Shown here in pieces: positions 20,801 through 29,931 of a stretch of DNA of 64,000 nucleotides (positions are counted from its first letter, which is position 1; each line of letters begins with the position of its first letter). The notes beneath the pieces were generated by a model that was given only the letters and a program-made list of their open reading frames with translations, was not told where the DNA came from and made no database searches. Location: IMG/VR virus record IMGVR_UViG_3300024520_000047, positions 124,001-188,000 of that record; one strand, written 5' to 3'. The position numbers were made by a program, and so were the translations under genes.

Positions 20801-22966
20801 TGGTCCTAATTTTTCTAATTCTTTTCTTACGATAAAATTTAAAATGCTTGGGTGGTCAACTACAATTTTAAAATTTAATGTTCCTGTTCTATTTGTATTA
20901 TTATACGTATAAACCGGTTCCGGTCTTCCCACAAAATTATTTTCTGTCCAATTCGCATTACTGCTTTCATCAACTTTTAAATCATATGGGGGGAACCACA
21001 TTATTCTACCACCATTTGGCCCTTTTTCACAAGTGGATAAGTCATCATAAGTAAATCCTTTTTCTGAACTTGTTCTCCAAGCTAAATTTTCTAGAGAAAA
21101 CATGTATTTTTTAACTTTTCCATTTACTATGTTAGTGGACCCTTTACCACTTTCATCGGTTCTCCATGGTGCAATATTTAAATTATATGGACTATCCAAA
21201 ACAGAATACGTTTCTTTTCTATGGTTCATTTCAGACCTAACTAATCGTCCGTAGGTATAATACGGTATGTCTTTGGTCCATACTCGACAATATTCTGTAG
21301 GTACTTCAGCTCCTCTCCCCACACCATCTGGCTTGTCTGCATTAATTGGGTCTGTGTTAATATATCTTTTAACTCTAGAACCTTTAGTTAATTCCTTATA
21401 TCCGTCATTAAAAACTTTACTAACTTGATTTATAGAGTGGGATACCGATTTTAAAGCTGCACCACCTTTTGGTACCGAATCAATAATTTGTTGGGTAACA
21501 TCCATAATACTATCTTCCCTAAAATCATAATTTGTAGATTTAGTGTTGTCATAATTTGGTGGTGTTTTATATTCTGTGGTGTTGTCGGTAGAACCCTCCA
21601 TTCCTTGTGATGTACCCGGAACTTGGGGCCCCACTCTTTTAACATCATTATTAAATAAACTTGCAACACTATTTAAAAACCCACTTCCTGGTGTTTTATC
21701 AGTATACCATGTAAATCCTCCCGGTACTGTCCCTTGATTAGCGTAAGCGATTCCTTTCATTCCAAAGTCATACTCGTTACTATCAAATTCTTTAGCTACT
21801 GCATCAGGGCCAAATTGTTGTACATAATTTTTTCCAGCATAAGTGTTATCGGGTGGACTAGTCATGTCTGCAACTCTATTTCTAGGTCCTCCAATATATT
21901 GTGGTGGATTTGGTGGAAAATTTCCAACACCCAGTATGCCACCCTTAATAAAATCTATAGCTTCTCCAAATCCAGCACCAATCGCTGTTTGAGCTTGGGC
22001 TCCTTCACCGTATTGTGGACCATAGGTGTTATATCTAATATGTTTAAATAGCTGGGATTTTGTACCCCCTCCAGTGTATTCCAAAAATCTTTGTGACGGG
22101 GATTGCCGTCTACGTGGGATGCCTATTAAACTACCCAAAATTCCTGTAACATCAGAAATTATTTTTTCTGCGGTACCGAGTCCTCTTGGTGGCTCCAAGT
22201 CAAAATAGTCTCCTGGAATATATGAATAAGGTACATATACGCCCGTAAGTCTAGAAACAAAATCTAATCCTTTACCCACCAAAGACTTCGGTGTCGTTAT
22301 ATTGTTGTCTCGTTCAATAAGAGACTCTCTTCCAGTTATAATATCTAAAGCGTTAAATGGGTCTTTTAATGCGTCAATAAAATTAAGTCTACCCATCGTT
22401 TCTTGGTAAAGTTCCTGTGCAATTCTTTCTTGAAACTCTTTCCGTAGTTGGATTGCTCCTTGTTGTTGTAATTCACTATCTTCTAATAGCGTGGTAGATA
22501 ACACCCCTTGTACCGTAACACCCAATAGTATATCCATCGGGGAATAATATTGGGCCACTTGTCTAAATGGGTTTTCACCAAAAAGTCCAGTACCTGTTTC
22601 TGGTGCGGTAAAATTAGGATAAAATCCTTCATTTACCTTCGCCGCGTTTCCAACTCTTATATCGTATATCTGAATCCAATCACCATACCCACCTGGAGGA
22701 CCATAAGCGTTAGCTAAATATGCTTTATCTATATAAAATTCTGCCTGTTCATCAACTGATGGTTGGTCGGTAACGGCCATATCCCTTAAATCTTGTACCC
22801 TAGCAAAATTATTACTAAAATCTGCTGGACCAGTATTTCTTTTATCAAAATATGGAGAAGTTGTGGGATTAGGCAAATTTTTGACTAGCATAATATCCCT
22901 AATAGCTTTTGTTCCACCAAAGCTTAAATTAGGTTTTCTGTTATCGTTTTGTGGTAATCCCGGCAT
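17876..22966 (-). CDS. Large baseplate/tail-tube initiator-like protein with an internal OmpA-like domain
   Basis: WFPPYDLKVDESSNANW..NNFVGRPEPVYTYNNTNRTGTLNF and PPICVLRVGDFYHTKI tube-initiator-like segments; OmpA-like FYFENDYP...GTAS...YNKKLSERR...LGES. Confidence 0.6.
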   Translation of the reverse strand: MPGLPQNDNRKPNLSFGGTKAIRDIMLVKNLPNPTTSPYFDKRNTGPADFSNNFARVQDLRDMAVTDQPSVDEQAEFYIDKAYLANAYGPPGGYGDWIQIYDIRVGNAAKVNEGFYPNFTAPETGTGLFGENPFRQVAQYYSPMDILLGVTVQGVLSTTLLEDSELQQQGAIQLRKEFQERIAQELYQETMGRLNFIDALKDPFNALDIITGRESLIERDNNITTPKSLVGKGLDFVSRLTGVYVPYSYIPGDYFDLEPPRGLGTAEKIISDVTGILGSLIGIPRRRQSPSQRFLEYTGGGTKSQLFKHIRYNTYGPQYGEGAQAQTAIGAGFGEAIDFIKGGILGVGNFPPNPPQYIGGPRNRVADMTSPPDNTYAGKNYVQQFGPDAVAKEFDSNEYDFGMKGIAYANQGTVPGGFTWYTDKTPGSGFLNSVASLFNNDVKRVGPQVPGTSQGMEGSTDNTTEYKTPPNYDNTKSTNYDFREDSIMDVTQQIIDSVPKGGAALKSVSHSINQVSKVFNDGYKELTKGSRVKRYINTDPINADKPDGVGRGAEVPTEYCRVWTKDIPYYTYGRLVRSEMNHRKETYSVLDSPYNLNIAPWRTDESGKGSTNIVNGKVKKYMFSLENLAWRTSSEKGFTYDDLSTCEKGPNGGRIMWFPPYDLKVDESSNANWTENNFVGRPEPVYTYNNTNRTGTLNFKIVVDHPSILNFIVRKELEKLGPAETDAIVDSFFAGCKHYDIYDLARKWKQFSVNELAEITQVLNSRDVNQNSQASTIAEADTTTPDLKETTTEKPDFEAYKGLPFYFENDYPDPDTNRVTSTVPFNVLAVGGGSKNGESYLGEDKVTENRYLGQVSESEKTPLTTWFTDARNDYNVRWKEFTEKLHKALEDNYTVKLSFVGTASSLASSGYNKKLSERRLDSVRQMFQNYTLGGKNVFKTAMEDSRLIFPTPQALGESQCSSEDDAEISSSVFSQAAAECRKVAMSDIEITSPPLDPVPPKSAIRKDRPLAKKKKEAKLQDKNTRREIANKILQKMVTECDYFDLIKEENEFIYDTLKQKFKFFQPAFHSITPEGLNSRLTFLNQCVRPGATIPTKLEGGGTTTAVDAKNTAFGAPPICVLRVGDFYHTKIAIDNVSFTYDDNLLDLNPEGIGVQPMIASVAITFKYLGGQGLKEPVSRLQNALSFNYYANTEMYDDRAVFTVTDEDPDEAAWIKQNQDLIKTTQATGAPNPEDEAAQTEEDNTAPNDGIMIGNREEQQLTSTGETGIVKYERTFTDINEKAYKYLKEVNGAIFKLVTNYNYGLLELLYAEKQWETGEYYRATGPLTYDTIEGELVGIPLDYQKRLNDLVANYRILIENETTGVQKAFNTTNPTNAQKRKVKDFLEEQLDIATAGGVSVAGELEEAEINIRSAHLEYLKHVTPLNVVNRGGDGYIEEGKTTTFQLSGGTPVDATSQQPGQPSTPSNTLVELGNDYFYLTNLLSCYSKLMNGSSPKVFLDGTSDVSTTDLTATGNYSLTNGEVDFENKQALRLKDFKTEYLLFSNGILDKSVIDSKVSQDISYFKENSLGYSGDGEFFEDLKDALDIDPATNPPWIVYMKVNLNKGIPLNENYYLEQLVSVKDNFIEKVISESTSYLTQGLATATEFNTPGVVIKNEKTRKLGYTKVTNTDIEKNIREYNSNKNAEPSTPDFNLKFT

Positions 22967-22998
22967 TTTTTATAAATATCTATTAAAAAGTTATATTA

Positions 22999-25095
22999 TT
23001 ATGTAAGTCCTCTTGAGGATAATACACCACCACCATCATTTATGTTTTGGTAGTCTGGTGTTCCAGTTAAGTTAGTTTCATGTAATTTTTGTTTTAAGTT
23101 AGCCATAAATAACGGTCCGTTTGGTCCTGAAATTAATTGTTGCCAATTAAAGTTAGCTAATTCACCCACACCTTTTAATGTTATTGGTATATTGGTGGGC
23201 ATTCCTTCAAACTTTACAACTATTGGTGTGCTCGTCGCACCACCGCCAATAGCACTATCCATTGTAGACGCTAAATTTTTTCCTCTATATCCACTAATTA
23301 TATCGTCAGGAGCACTTAAAACTGGTCCTTCTGGTCCACCAAATATTAATTTAGATTTTCCATCTGCGGGCATCATAAAATCTTCCTTTTTCTCAACTTT
23401 ACCACCATAAACCACAGTTCCATCAGTTACATTAATTGTAGCTTCATTAGCTGTACTAATTAAATCCCCAACAAGTTCTAATCCAGTCATACCACCGGCT
23501 TCAAGAAAATTCCCACCTTTAGATGCACCACCTAATATATCATCATAACTTGCACCAAATATTGTTTCAATGCCAGCTTTAACACCTTTACCTACTTCAT
23601 CCCCAATTCTACTAAAACTTTCATCTGGTAAAGTATTTTGAATTGTTTCAATGCCAGCTACTTGAATTTTTCCTAACTCTAAATTTTCTATAAGTCCAGC
23701 TTTCATAGCCGCTTGGGGAGTAGTTATTAATGAGTTTTTAATCGCGTCTAAAGCACTTAATTGTTCTAGAGCAATCTCATCACTAGTCATTTCTTGTTGT
23801 TCCCGTACCTTTTTAAGTTCGTCCACCTGTTGTTTGGTGAGGTCGGAAAGATTTACCATTTCTTTATGGCCAGCTTTATCTTCAAGTTCTATCTGATATC
23901 TACCACCTTCACCCATTTTAGCCATACTGGTAACAAACTCTTTCATTCCTTCCGCGTCTGGGCCAGTAAAAGCCGACAAATTCATTTGATTAGAAGCCGC
24001 TTCAAATTTAGCTTGCATTTTAACCATACCAGCAAATTCTTCTTTATTCATTCCTAAAGCATCTGCCATTGCTCTTAGTTGTCGTTGAGCTGTTGGTGGG
24101 AAACTGATTTCACCAGTTTCATCATTAAATACAGCTAAGGACTGTCCAGCGTCAACAATTGCATCTTGAAGACCACCTAAATCATTGGTGGCCATATACA
24201 TTAATTTAAATGGGTCTGCTAAATCACCCACAGCACCACCTATCACTTGTAAGTTTGCCGCTAAATCAATTGCCCCTTCTGGGTCCATAACTTTTTCAGC
24301 TAATGCAGCGGTTGTAGACATACTAATACCCAACCGTTCTGATTGTGCGGCCATTTTTGCAAATCCTTTTACCCCATCTGCAAAATTGTAGGTATTTAAC
24401 ATGTCCATATTTTGAACCATGTTAGACATAAACCCTTCCATGTTAACACCCATAAGTCTAGCTACATCAGCCATCTCCTCAGCACTTTGAATTGATTTTT
24501 CTATGGTGTACCCCATTTGGTCAAATTGTTTGACCATGTCACCCACTTGGTTAACACTAAGATTAAAAGCCTTTTGAAAAACAGCTAATCGTTCTATCTC
24601 TTCGTCAGTAAAAGAGATGTTTCTACCCACCACCTCACCAACACTTGTAAGGGTTTCTTGTAATGATTGTGCATTTATATCATATTTTGCTGTAGCAACA
24701 GATGCGTTAAATATAGCTTTAGTGGTACGTTCTTGTAATATACCGGTTTGGCCTAAGTCTTTTACAATTTCACGTCTAATTCCAGCTTCTTCCTCTAAAA
24801 GATTTAATGTAATACCGGCTACAGTTCCCATGGTATTACTCCCCAGATTCTCTACGGTTTGTTGTACCTCTTTCCACGCGGCTAAAACATCATTTAACTT
24901 TTGAACTCCCGGACCTACACCGGTTACGTCACTCTCTAATTTATCTGCCATACTAGAAGCAGATGTATTTATAATACCAAGTAAGTAGCTCGACCTTTCC
25001 CCTTCGGTTTTGTAACCATTATACTTATCCTTCTGGTCATTGGATAATTTACTCCAATATCCACTTTTTACGTTATGTGTATTTTTTGTGTTCAC
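22999..25095 (-). CDS. Tape-measure-like protein
   Basis: Helical A/G/M/Q-rich 698-aa ORF directly downstream of the tail chaperone pair. Confidence 0.65.
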   Translation of the reverse strand: MNTKNTHNVKSGYWSKLSNDQKDKYNGYKTEGERSSYLLGIINTSASSMADKLESDVTGVGPGVQKLNDVLAAWKEVQQTVENLGSNTMGTVAGITLNLLEEEAGIRREIVKDLGQTGILQERTTKAIFNASVATAKYDINAQSLQETLTSVGEVVGRNISFTDEEIERLAVFQKAFNLSVNQVGDMVKQFDQMGYTIEKSIQSAEEMADVARLMGVNMEGFMSNMVQNMDMLNTYNFADGVKGFAKMAAQSERLGISMSTTAALAEKVMDPEGAIDLAANLQVIGGAVGDLADPFKLMYMATNDLGGLQDAIVDAGQSLAVFNDETGEISFPPTAQRQLRAMADALGMNKEEFAGMVKMQAKFEAASNQMNLSAFTGPDAEGMKEFVTSMAKMGEGGRYQIELEDKAGHKEMVNLSDLTKQQVDELKKVREQQEMTSDEIALEQLSALDAIKNSLITTPQAAMKAGLIENLELGKIQVAGIETIQNTLPDESFSRIGDEVGKGVKAGIETIFGASYDDILGGASKGGNFLEAGGMTGLELVGDLISTANEATINVTDGTVVYGGKVEKKEDFMMPADGKSKLIFGGPEGPVLSAPDDIISGYRGKNLASTMDSAIGGGATSTPIVVKFEGMPTNIPITLKGVGELANFNWQQLISGPNGPLFMANLKQKLHETNLTGTPDYQNINDGGGVLSSRGLT

Positions 25096-25136
25096 TTTTT
25101 ACTCTATTTTACTATAAATAGATGGGGATGAATTTT

Positions 25137-25301
25137 TTAAGCTCTGGATTTGTTTTTTGATTGTTCTATAGATTCCTTTTTTTTCTCAAATTCTTCTACA
25201 AGTTTGCCAACATAATATCGTCGTTCATATATCGGCATTTGTAAAATATCGTTGTGTGAGAAATGTGCAAATTTGATGAGATAGTAGAATTCATCAAGCA
25301 T
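25137..25301 (-). CDS. Small tail/baseplate assembly chaperone (gp51 / GT-like C-part)
   Basis: MLDEFYYLIKFAHFSHNDILQMPIYERRYYVGKL motif; frame open back to 25346, overlapping the upstream chaperone in the +1 frame. Confidence 0.65.
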   Translation of the reverse strand: MLDEFYYLIKFAHFSHNDILQMPIYERRYYVGKLVEEFEKKKESIEQSKNKSRA

Positions 25302-25308
25302 AGATTGC

Positions 25309-26073
25309 CTATACTGCGAAGAAAGGACGAAAAAAGTGGGCGCCAAACACCACTGATGTTGTGATGTCTTCTCCTGATGGCGCTTTGGTGGTGACTGATA
25401 AATCTAGTCCGGGTTGATTGTTTCTAACAAATTTTTTAAATTCTTGGGAATCTTTAATAGGCATTGTTTGGATGATTTGGGCTAATTTTGATTTATCCCT
25501 TTCACCGTCTATTTCTTGAATTAATAACTCTAATTTACGAGTAGCTACTGGAGCTATCTGTCCGTTGGTAGAATATGATTCTTTTAGTTTCTCTAATTCT
25601 AGTTCCTCCCTTGATGTTAAAAACTTAAATTTAATTGGTTTTCCAGTTTGGGGTAAGGTATATAAGAACTCACCTTTTTCATCTGGTACTAAAACAAAAT
25701 CTCTCATAGTCACATTACTCAAATCATGTGTGTACTTAAAAGATTCTCCAGTCTTTGGGTCTTTAAGTGTAAACTCATATGTGGGTCCATAAGCGGTATT
25801 TCTTAAAAATATTAAAACAGCTTGTTTATCACATTCCAACATTTCCTCAATCGTTATATCACTTCCTAAAATTTTTCTACGTAATAACTCTTCTATTAGA
25901 TTACCAGATTGGATTATATTTTGGGAACTTAAAAGATTTTCGTCAGAAGCATTTAAATAAGTTACTTTTAACTCTTTAACTTTGTTATTATAAAACATTC
26001 CCTGTGATGGTAACGGTACTACATCATAAGGAATATTTGCTTGTGCAATATCAGAATATTGTCTTGGGTCCAT
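25309..26073 (-). CDS. Baseplate hub / tail assembly chaperone (T4 gp26-like)
   Basis: VVPLPSQGMFY...LKVTYLNASDENLLSS; ends HFFRPF; lies between tube and tape measure genes. Confidence 0.75.
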   Translation of the reverse strand: MDPRQYSDIAQANIPYDVVPLPSQGMFYNNKVKELKVTYLNASDENLLSSQNIIQSGNLIEELLRRKILGSDITIEEMLECDKQAVLIFLRNTAYGPTYEFTLKDPKTGESFKYTHDLSNVTMRDFVLVPDEKGEFLYTLPQTGKPIKFKFLTSREELELEKLKESYSTNGQIAPVATRKLELLIQEIDGERDKSKLAQIIQTMPIKDSQEFKKFVRNNQPGLDLSVTTKAPSGEDITTSVVFGAHFFRPFFAV

Positions 26074-26092
26074 TTAATCTTGTTTTTATTTA

Positions 26093-26120
26093 ATTTTAAT
26101 TTTATATTTCAATAAGTCAA
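26093..26120 (-). promoter_or_regulatory. Possible promoter for the chaperone gene
   Basis: TTGACT-N16-TAAAAT on the minus strand; AT-rich context weakens it. Confidence 0.35.
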
Positions 26121-26139
26121 TGTTTTATATAAGTACTTA

Positions 26140-26769
26140 ATGATTAAAAATTTTAGCATAACAAAAATAACCAAAGAAGAATGTAAGTCTATACTTAAAG
26201 AATACCATTATTTATCAAAAATAAATAAGGGTTTTAGAAGTGGTATTAATTTTGGTCTAACATATAATTCTAAATTAGTGGGGGTTTGTATTTTTCATTC
26301 ACCATCGGTACCTGAAATAGTTAAAGGGTGTTTTGGTTTGGAGAGAAATAATCAAGAAGGCATATATGAATTAGGTAGGTTGTGTTTATTACCTTCTATA
26401 ACTGAAAAAAATATATTATCTTGGTTTGTTTCAAAATGTATTAAATTTTTACGTAAAGAGACTAATGTATATGCATTACTATCGTACGCGGATTCTTCCC
26501 TACATAACGGGTATATATACCAAGCCACAAATTTTGGATATTATGGGTTAACAGATAAGAAAAAAGATTTTTGGTTTGACAATGGTGACGGTACATTTAC
26601 TAAACACCAACGAGGTCCTGTAAGGGGATTTGTGGGAGAATGGAGACCCAGAGAAAGAAAACATCGTTATTTATTAATATATTCCGATAAGTTAAAATGT
26701 AAGTGGGAAAAAGTACCCTACCCAAAATCACCAAATAAAGCCCCATTAAATAAAAAACCCACCGCGTAG
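26140..26769 (+). CDS. mom: Mom-like DNA adenine modification enzyme (GNAT fold)
   Basis: CKSILKEYHYL, LVGVCIF, IYELGRLCL, SWFVSKCIKFL, LLSYADS...HNGYIYQATNF.YYG. Confidence 0.8.
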   Translation: MIKNFSITKITKEECKSILKEYHYLSKINKGFRSGINFGLTYNSKLVGVCIFHSPSVPEIVKGCFGLERNNQEGIYELGRLCLLPSITEKNILSWFVSKCIKFLRKETNVYALLSYADSSLHNGYIYQATNFGYYGLTDKKKDFWFDNGDGTFTKHQRGPVRGFVGEWRPRERKHRYLLIYSDKLKCKWEKVPYPKSPNKAPLNKKPTA

Positions 26770-26777
26770 GTAGGTTT
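26752..26777 (-). terminator. Terminator of the tail tube gene, overlapping the 3' end of the mom-like ORF
   Basis: AAACCTACC-tacgc-GGTGGGTTT followed by further Ts on the minus strand. Confidence 0.65.
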
Positions 26778-26802
26778 AATATAAAATTATGTAAGTTACT
26801 TT

Positions 26803-27291
26803 TTAGTAAACTAGGATACACCTATCAGGTCTAAGGGTTGCAGTAATAGTAGCAATTGCATCATCACTATATCCTAAACTATCAAAGTTAACATCTGTTA
26901 AAAATGTTCCTTGTAAAATCCATTTTTCAACAACTACACCAGTCGGGTCTAACATTTCTAAGTCAATGTCTTTTTTGTATCCCGCAGCATATCCCATTCT
27001 TCCTGTTACAGATTCTGCGTGTAATCTAACCCATTCCATAAGAGCTTGTGCTGCTGATGGTCCGATTGGGTCTCTAAATGAGACACTTATAGTATTCCAT
27101 ACAAATCTACCCGCAACATATGTGGAGGTATTTAAGAAAGGAATTTCTACAGAATTAACTGTGACCTGAGGTCTAGAAGTGCTTTCCACATACCACTCAT
27201 TAATACCCAAAGAAGAAGGAAATCTAAGAATAAACCTATTTTTCTTTTTGGGTTCATACGGTATGGGCATTTTCATTAATAAATCAGCCAT
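26803..27291 (-). CDS. Tail tube protein (T4 gp19-like)
   Basis: EPKKKNRFILRF, RPQVTVNSVEIPFLN, GRFVWNTISVSFRDPI, YKKDIDLEMLDPTG..EKWILQG. Confidence 0.9.
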   Translation of the reverse strand: MADLLMKMPIPYEPKKKNRFILRFPSSLGINEWYVESTSRPQVTVNSVEIPFLNTSTYVAGRFVWNTISVSFRDPIGPSAAQALMEWVRLHAESVTGRMGYAAGYKKDIDLEMLDPTGVVVEKWILQGTFLTDVNFDSLGYSDDAIATITATLRPDRCILVY

Positions 27292-27432
27292 GGTAATATT
27301 TTTGTTTTTCTATTGTTATTTCTTAATAAATATATGGTTTTTGAAAAACCGAGAATAAAACTCTTTACTTTAATATTATAAAATTATAATATGCAAAGCA
27401 TAAAGCTATTCTAATATATAAATATCATAAGC

Positions 27433-28080
27433 TTATTCTTTAGCATGCATTACAAATAACTTTTCACTTAATTCTTTAGGCAAATCTCTTTTAAGTAACA
27501 TCATTTGTTTTATATTCTTCATATCATCATCAATGAATACTATTTCATCATAACTATGTAATAGTTTTTCTACCACTTCAGCCTTTTTTTCATAATCTGT
27601 TTTAGATTCCAAAGTGGTGGCTCTATTCACATCATTAATAGCAAAAACGTTTTCTCGATTTATACGGTCACCCAAAGGAATTAACTCACCATACTTATCT
27701 TTATACATCAACCAGTCCTTCAAACCCTGATAAACTATATCTTCATTGGACCTTGCGGTTAATATCCCAATTTGATGTCCTTGTTTTATAAAACTATCCA
27801 TTATAGCAAGATTAGCTATTATGGGTTCTGCTTGAGAAATGGACCGTCTAGTTTTTTCTGGGTCAAGAAAATCCCTGTAATCATAATATTTTTTATTTTC
27901 AGGTGTTACATGTTCCAAACCATACTCATAAGGGGTCAATGCTACCTCCTGTTCCTCGTTTGGGAGTTTTCTATAGATATATACCCCAGTGGGTTTTAAG
28001 AGTGTGTCGTCAACATCTAATAAGATTAACCTATTAGTTTTTGCATATTCTATTAAAATTTGTTTTATTAAACTTTTCAT
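27433..28080 (-). CDS. HAD-superfamily phosphatase
   Basis: LLDVDDTL motif I, ILTARS motif II, VFIDDDMKNI motif IV. Confidence 0.8.
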   Translation of the reverse strand: MKSLIKQILIEYAKTNRLILLDVDDTLLKPTGVYIYRKLPNEEQEVALTPYEYGLEHVTPENKKYYDYRDFLDPEKTRRSISQAEPIIANLAIMDSFIKQGHQIGILTARSNEDIVYQGLKDWLMYKDKYGELIPLGDRINRENVFAINDVNRATTLESKTDYEKKAEVVEKLLHSYDEIVFIDDDMKNIKQMMLLKRDLPKELSEKLFVMHAKE

Positions 28081-28100
28081 AAATAATTATAGTTCTACAT

Positions 28101-28116
28101 AATAAATATATTTATT
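28101..28116. promoter_or_regulatory. Perfect 16-bp palindrome made of two back-to-back TATTTATT motifs between divergent genes
   Basis: AATAAATATATTTATT. Confidence 0.6.
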
Positions 28117-28123
28117 GTTAGGT

Positions 28124-28777
28124 ATGTTAACAGAACAAATAAATAGAATGAAAAAATTAATGTTGGTTGAAGCCAAAATGGTAACCTTTAGCCAACCAAA
28201 TGGTAATTTTGTTATTTTAGCCGGTGGACCCGGTGCAGGAAAAAGTTACGTTAATCAAAACTTTATAGACTTAAAAGATGTTAAACCATTTAATGTGGAC
28301 AACTATCGTGTAGCGATAGCAAAAAAAATGTGGGGCAGTGATTGGGAAGAAATGATTTCCACCGATGAGGGATATAAAACTATTTTAGATTTAACACACA
28401 CCACTTCTGACCCAAGAAATGTTACAGTTAAATTTTTAAAAAACTTTTTAGAAACTGAAAGAGACCAACCGATTAATGTGGTGTATGACGCTGGTGGGGG
28501 TCAAGAAGAGGTAATGAGAGAAATAATTGGATTGGCAGAAGAAAATGGTTTTATAGTGACTATTGTACATGTAGTTACAGATATAGAAAAAGCTTTGGAG
28601 CGTAACCAACAAAGAGATAGAAGTTTACCCACTGAAATGGTTGTTGATTACCACGATAAAGTTAAATTAGCTGTGGGAAATTTGGTTCCGTTTGTAGATA
28701 ACTATTGGGTTATAGATAACACACAAGATTTAAAAGTAGGTGAGAGAGCAGCCGGAAGAATACACCAGCTTAAGTAG
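28124..28777 (+). CDS. P-loop kinase (zeta-toxin / polynucleotide-kinase-like)
   Basis: VILAGGPGAGKS, NVDNYR, VVYDAGG, ALERNQQRDR lid; ATG at 28124 preferred over TTG at 28115. Confidence 0.75.
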   Translation: MLTEQINRMKKLMLVEAKMVTFSQPNGNFVILAGGPGAGKSYVNQNFIDLKDVKPFNVDNYRVAIAKKMWGSDWEEMISTDEGYKTILDLTHTTSDPRNVTVKFLKNFLETERDQPINVVYDAGGGQEEVMREIIGLAEENGFIVTIVHVVTDIEKALERNQQRDRSLPTEMVVDYHDKVKLAVGNLVPFVDNYWVIDNTQDLKVGERAAGRIHQLK

Positions 28778-29222
28778 GTATCTTATTAATTTTAATTTTA
28801 ATATCTGGAAAATCATTTAAAACACCTAAAACATCTATAATGTGTTTTTCTTTATCTTCCCAGTACTCTATTTCATTAACTTGTGGATATTTTTTCAATA
28901 ACTCTAAAACTCTTTGACCTTTTGACCTATTACCGTTTTTTCCTTTTATCGGTAAATATTCATCAAAAAAAACTAATCGTGAGTCCAATAAAGTTCTTAA
29001 CTCATCTTCTACATCACTAATCCTATTGGTTAATAGGACCACTTTCGTTTTTCCTACTTGGCTACTTAAATATTCGTTTATATAATCCTCCAACACATCT
29101 TCTTTAGGTTCAAATCTCCATTTTCTTAAACTAAGACTTTCAGGTGTATCCATATATGACCAATCTTCGTCATAAGGTGTTTCAAATAATGTGTCATCAA
29201 AATCAAATAATGATAATTTCAT
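28770..29222 (-). CDS. HAD phosphatase resembling the Swiss-Army-knife RNA-repair HAD family
   Basis: LFDFDDTLFETP, VVLLTNR, IEYWEDK..HI. Confidence 0.7.
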   Translation of the reverse strand: MKLSLFDFDDTLFETPYDEDWSYMDTPESLSLRKWRFEPKEDVLEDYINEYLSSQVGKTKVVLLTNRISDVEDELRTLLDSRLVFFDEYLPIKGKNGNRSKGQRVLELLKKYPQVNEIEYWEDKEKHIIDVLGVLNDFPDIKIKINKIPT

Positions 29223-29270
29223 AAAATATATTTAAAAGTTTTAAACAAATATAAGAAAAAAAAGCCAATA

Positions 29271-29294
29271 AAAAAACCCACAAAGTGGGTTTTT
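29271..29294. terminator. Intrinsic terminator, possibly bidirectional
   Basis: aaaaacccac-aaa-gtgggttttt inverted repeat. Confidence 0.7.
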
Positions 29295-29316
29295 AAAATA
29301 AAATAATAACTAATAA

Positions 29317-29931
29317 CTACCATTCATGACTTTGGTCGTAACCCATGTCACTCTTTAGGGAATGTAAATGAGCTTCTAAATCATCTTCTTTTCTTTTATC
29401 TGCACTCTCATCTTTACCATAATTCTTAGTCTCCCTATCCATAGAATCTTCTTCTAATTCTCTTTGTTTATCTATATTTGAATCTACACCGATAACCTTA
29501 CTTTTTCTACCATCAAACTCATCTCTATCACTATGGTCTATATCTGTATAATCTTCATAAATTTCATCTTCTCTAGATAATCCAGTTAAATCATCATCAT
29601 ATGCACCGACTACCCTAGATGGTCTACCATCATAAGTACTCCTATCTGAATGGTCAATTTTCTCATATCCACCTTCACCACACTCTTCTAATTGTTGATT
29701 AAAATCTTGGGTTGTAAAATTATCTTCCGGTGAAAGATTATCACCCATCTCATCACCAAAATTCATCTCTTCTAATTCTTTATCTTCACCCTCCATATAT
29801 CCCTCAACTAATCTTTTGAACTGAGATTCCGTTAATTTAATGTTCTGTGGTTTTTTGCCATAAAAGGTGGGGAGTACTTGGTTATACCCCATACCCTCTA
29901 CTAAATTTGATTTTTTATATTTTAAATTCAT
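29317..29931 (-). CDS. Acidic hypothetical protein, probable internal head protein
   Basis: IKLTESQFKRLVE leader; duplicated IDHSDR..(Y/F)DGR.S(R/K)V(V/I)G. Confidence 0.55.
   Translation of the reverse strand: MNLKYKKSNLVEGMGYNQVLPTFYGKKPQNIKLTESQFKRLVEGYMEGEDKELEEMNFGDEMGDNLSPEDNFTTQDFNQQLEECGEGGYEKIDHSDRSTYDGRPSRVVGAYDDDLTGLSREDEIYEDYTDIDHSDRDEFDGRKSKVIGVDSNIDKQRELEEDSMDRETKNYGKDESADKRKEDDLEAHLHSLKSDMGYDQSHEW

Noticed and set aside
28124-28777. Epsilon/zeta toxin-antitoxin pair
   Set aside because: No adjacent small co-oriented antitoxin; neighbours are HAD phosphatases
2113-28777. Track start codons at 2346, 7931 and 28115
   Set aside because: Downstream ATGs (2313, 7901, 28124) fit gene packing and leader motifs better
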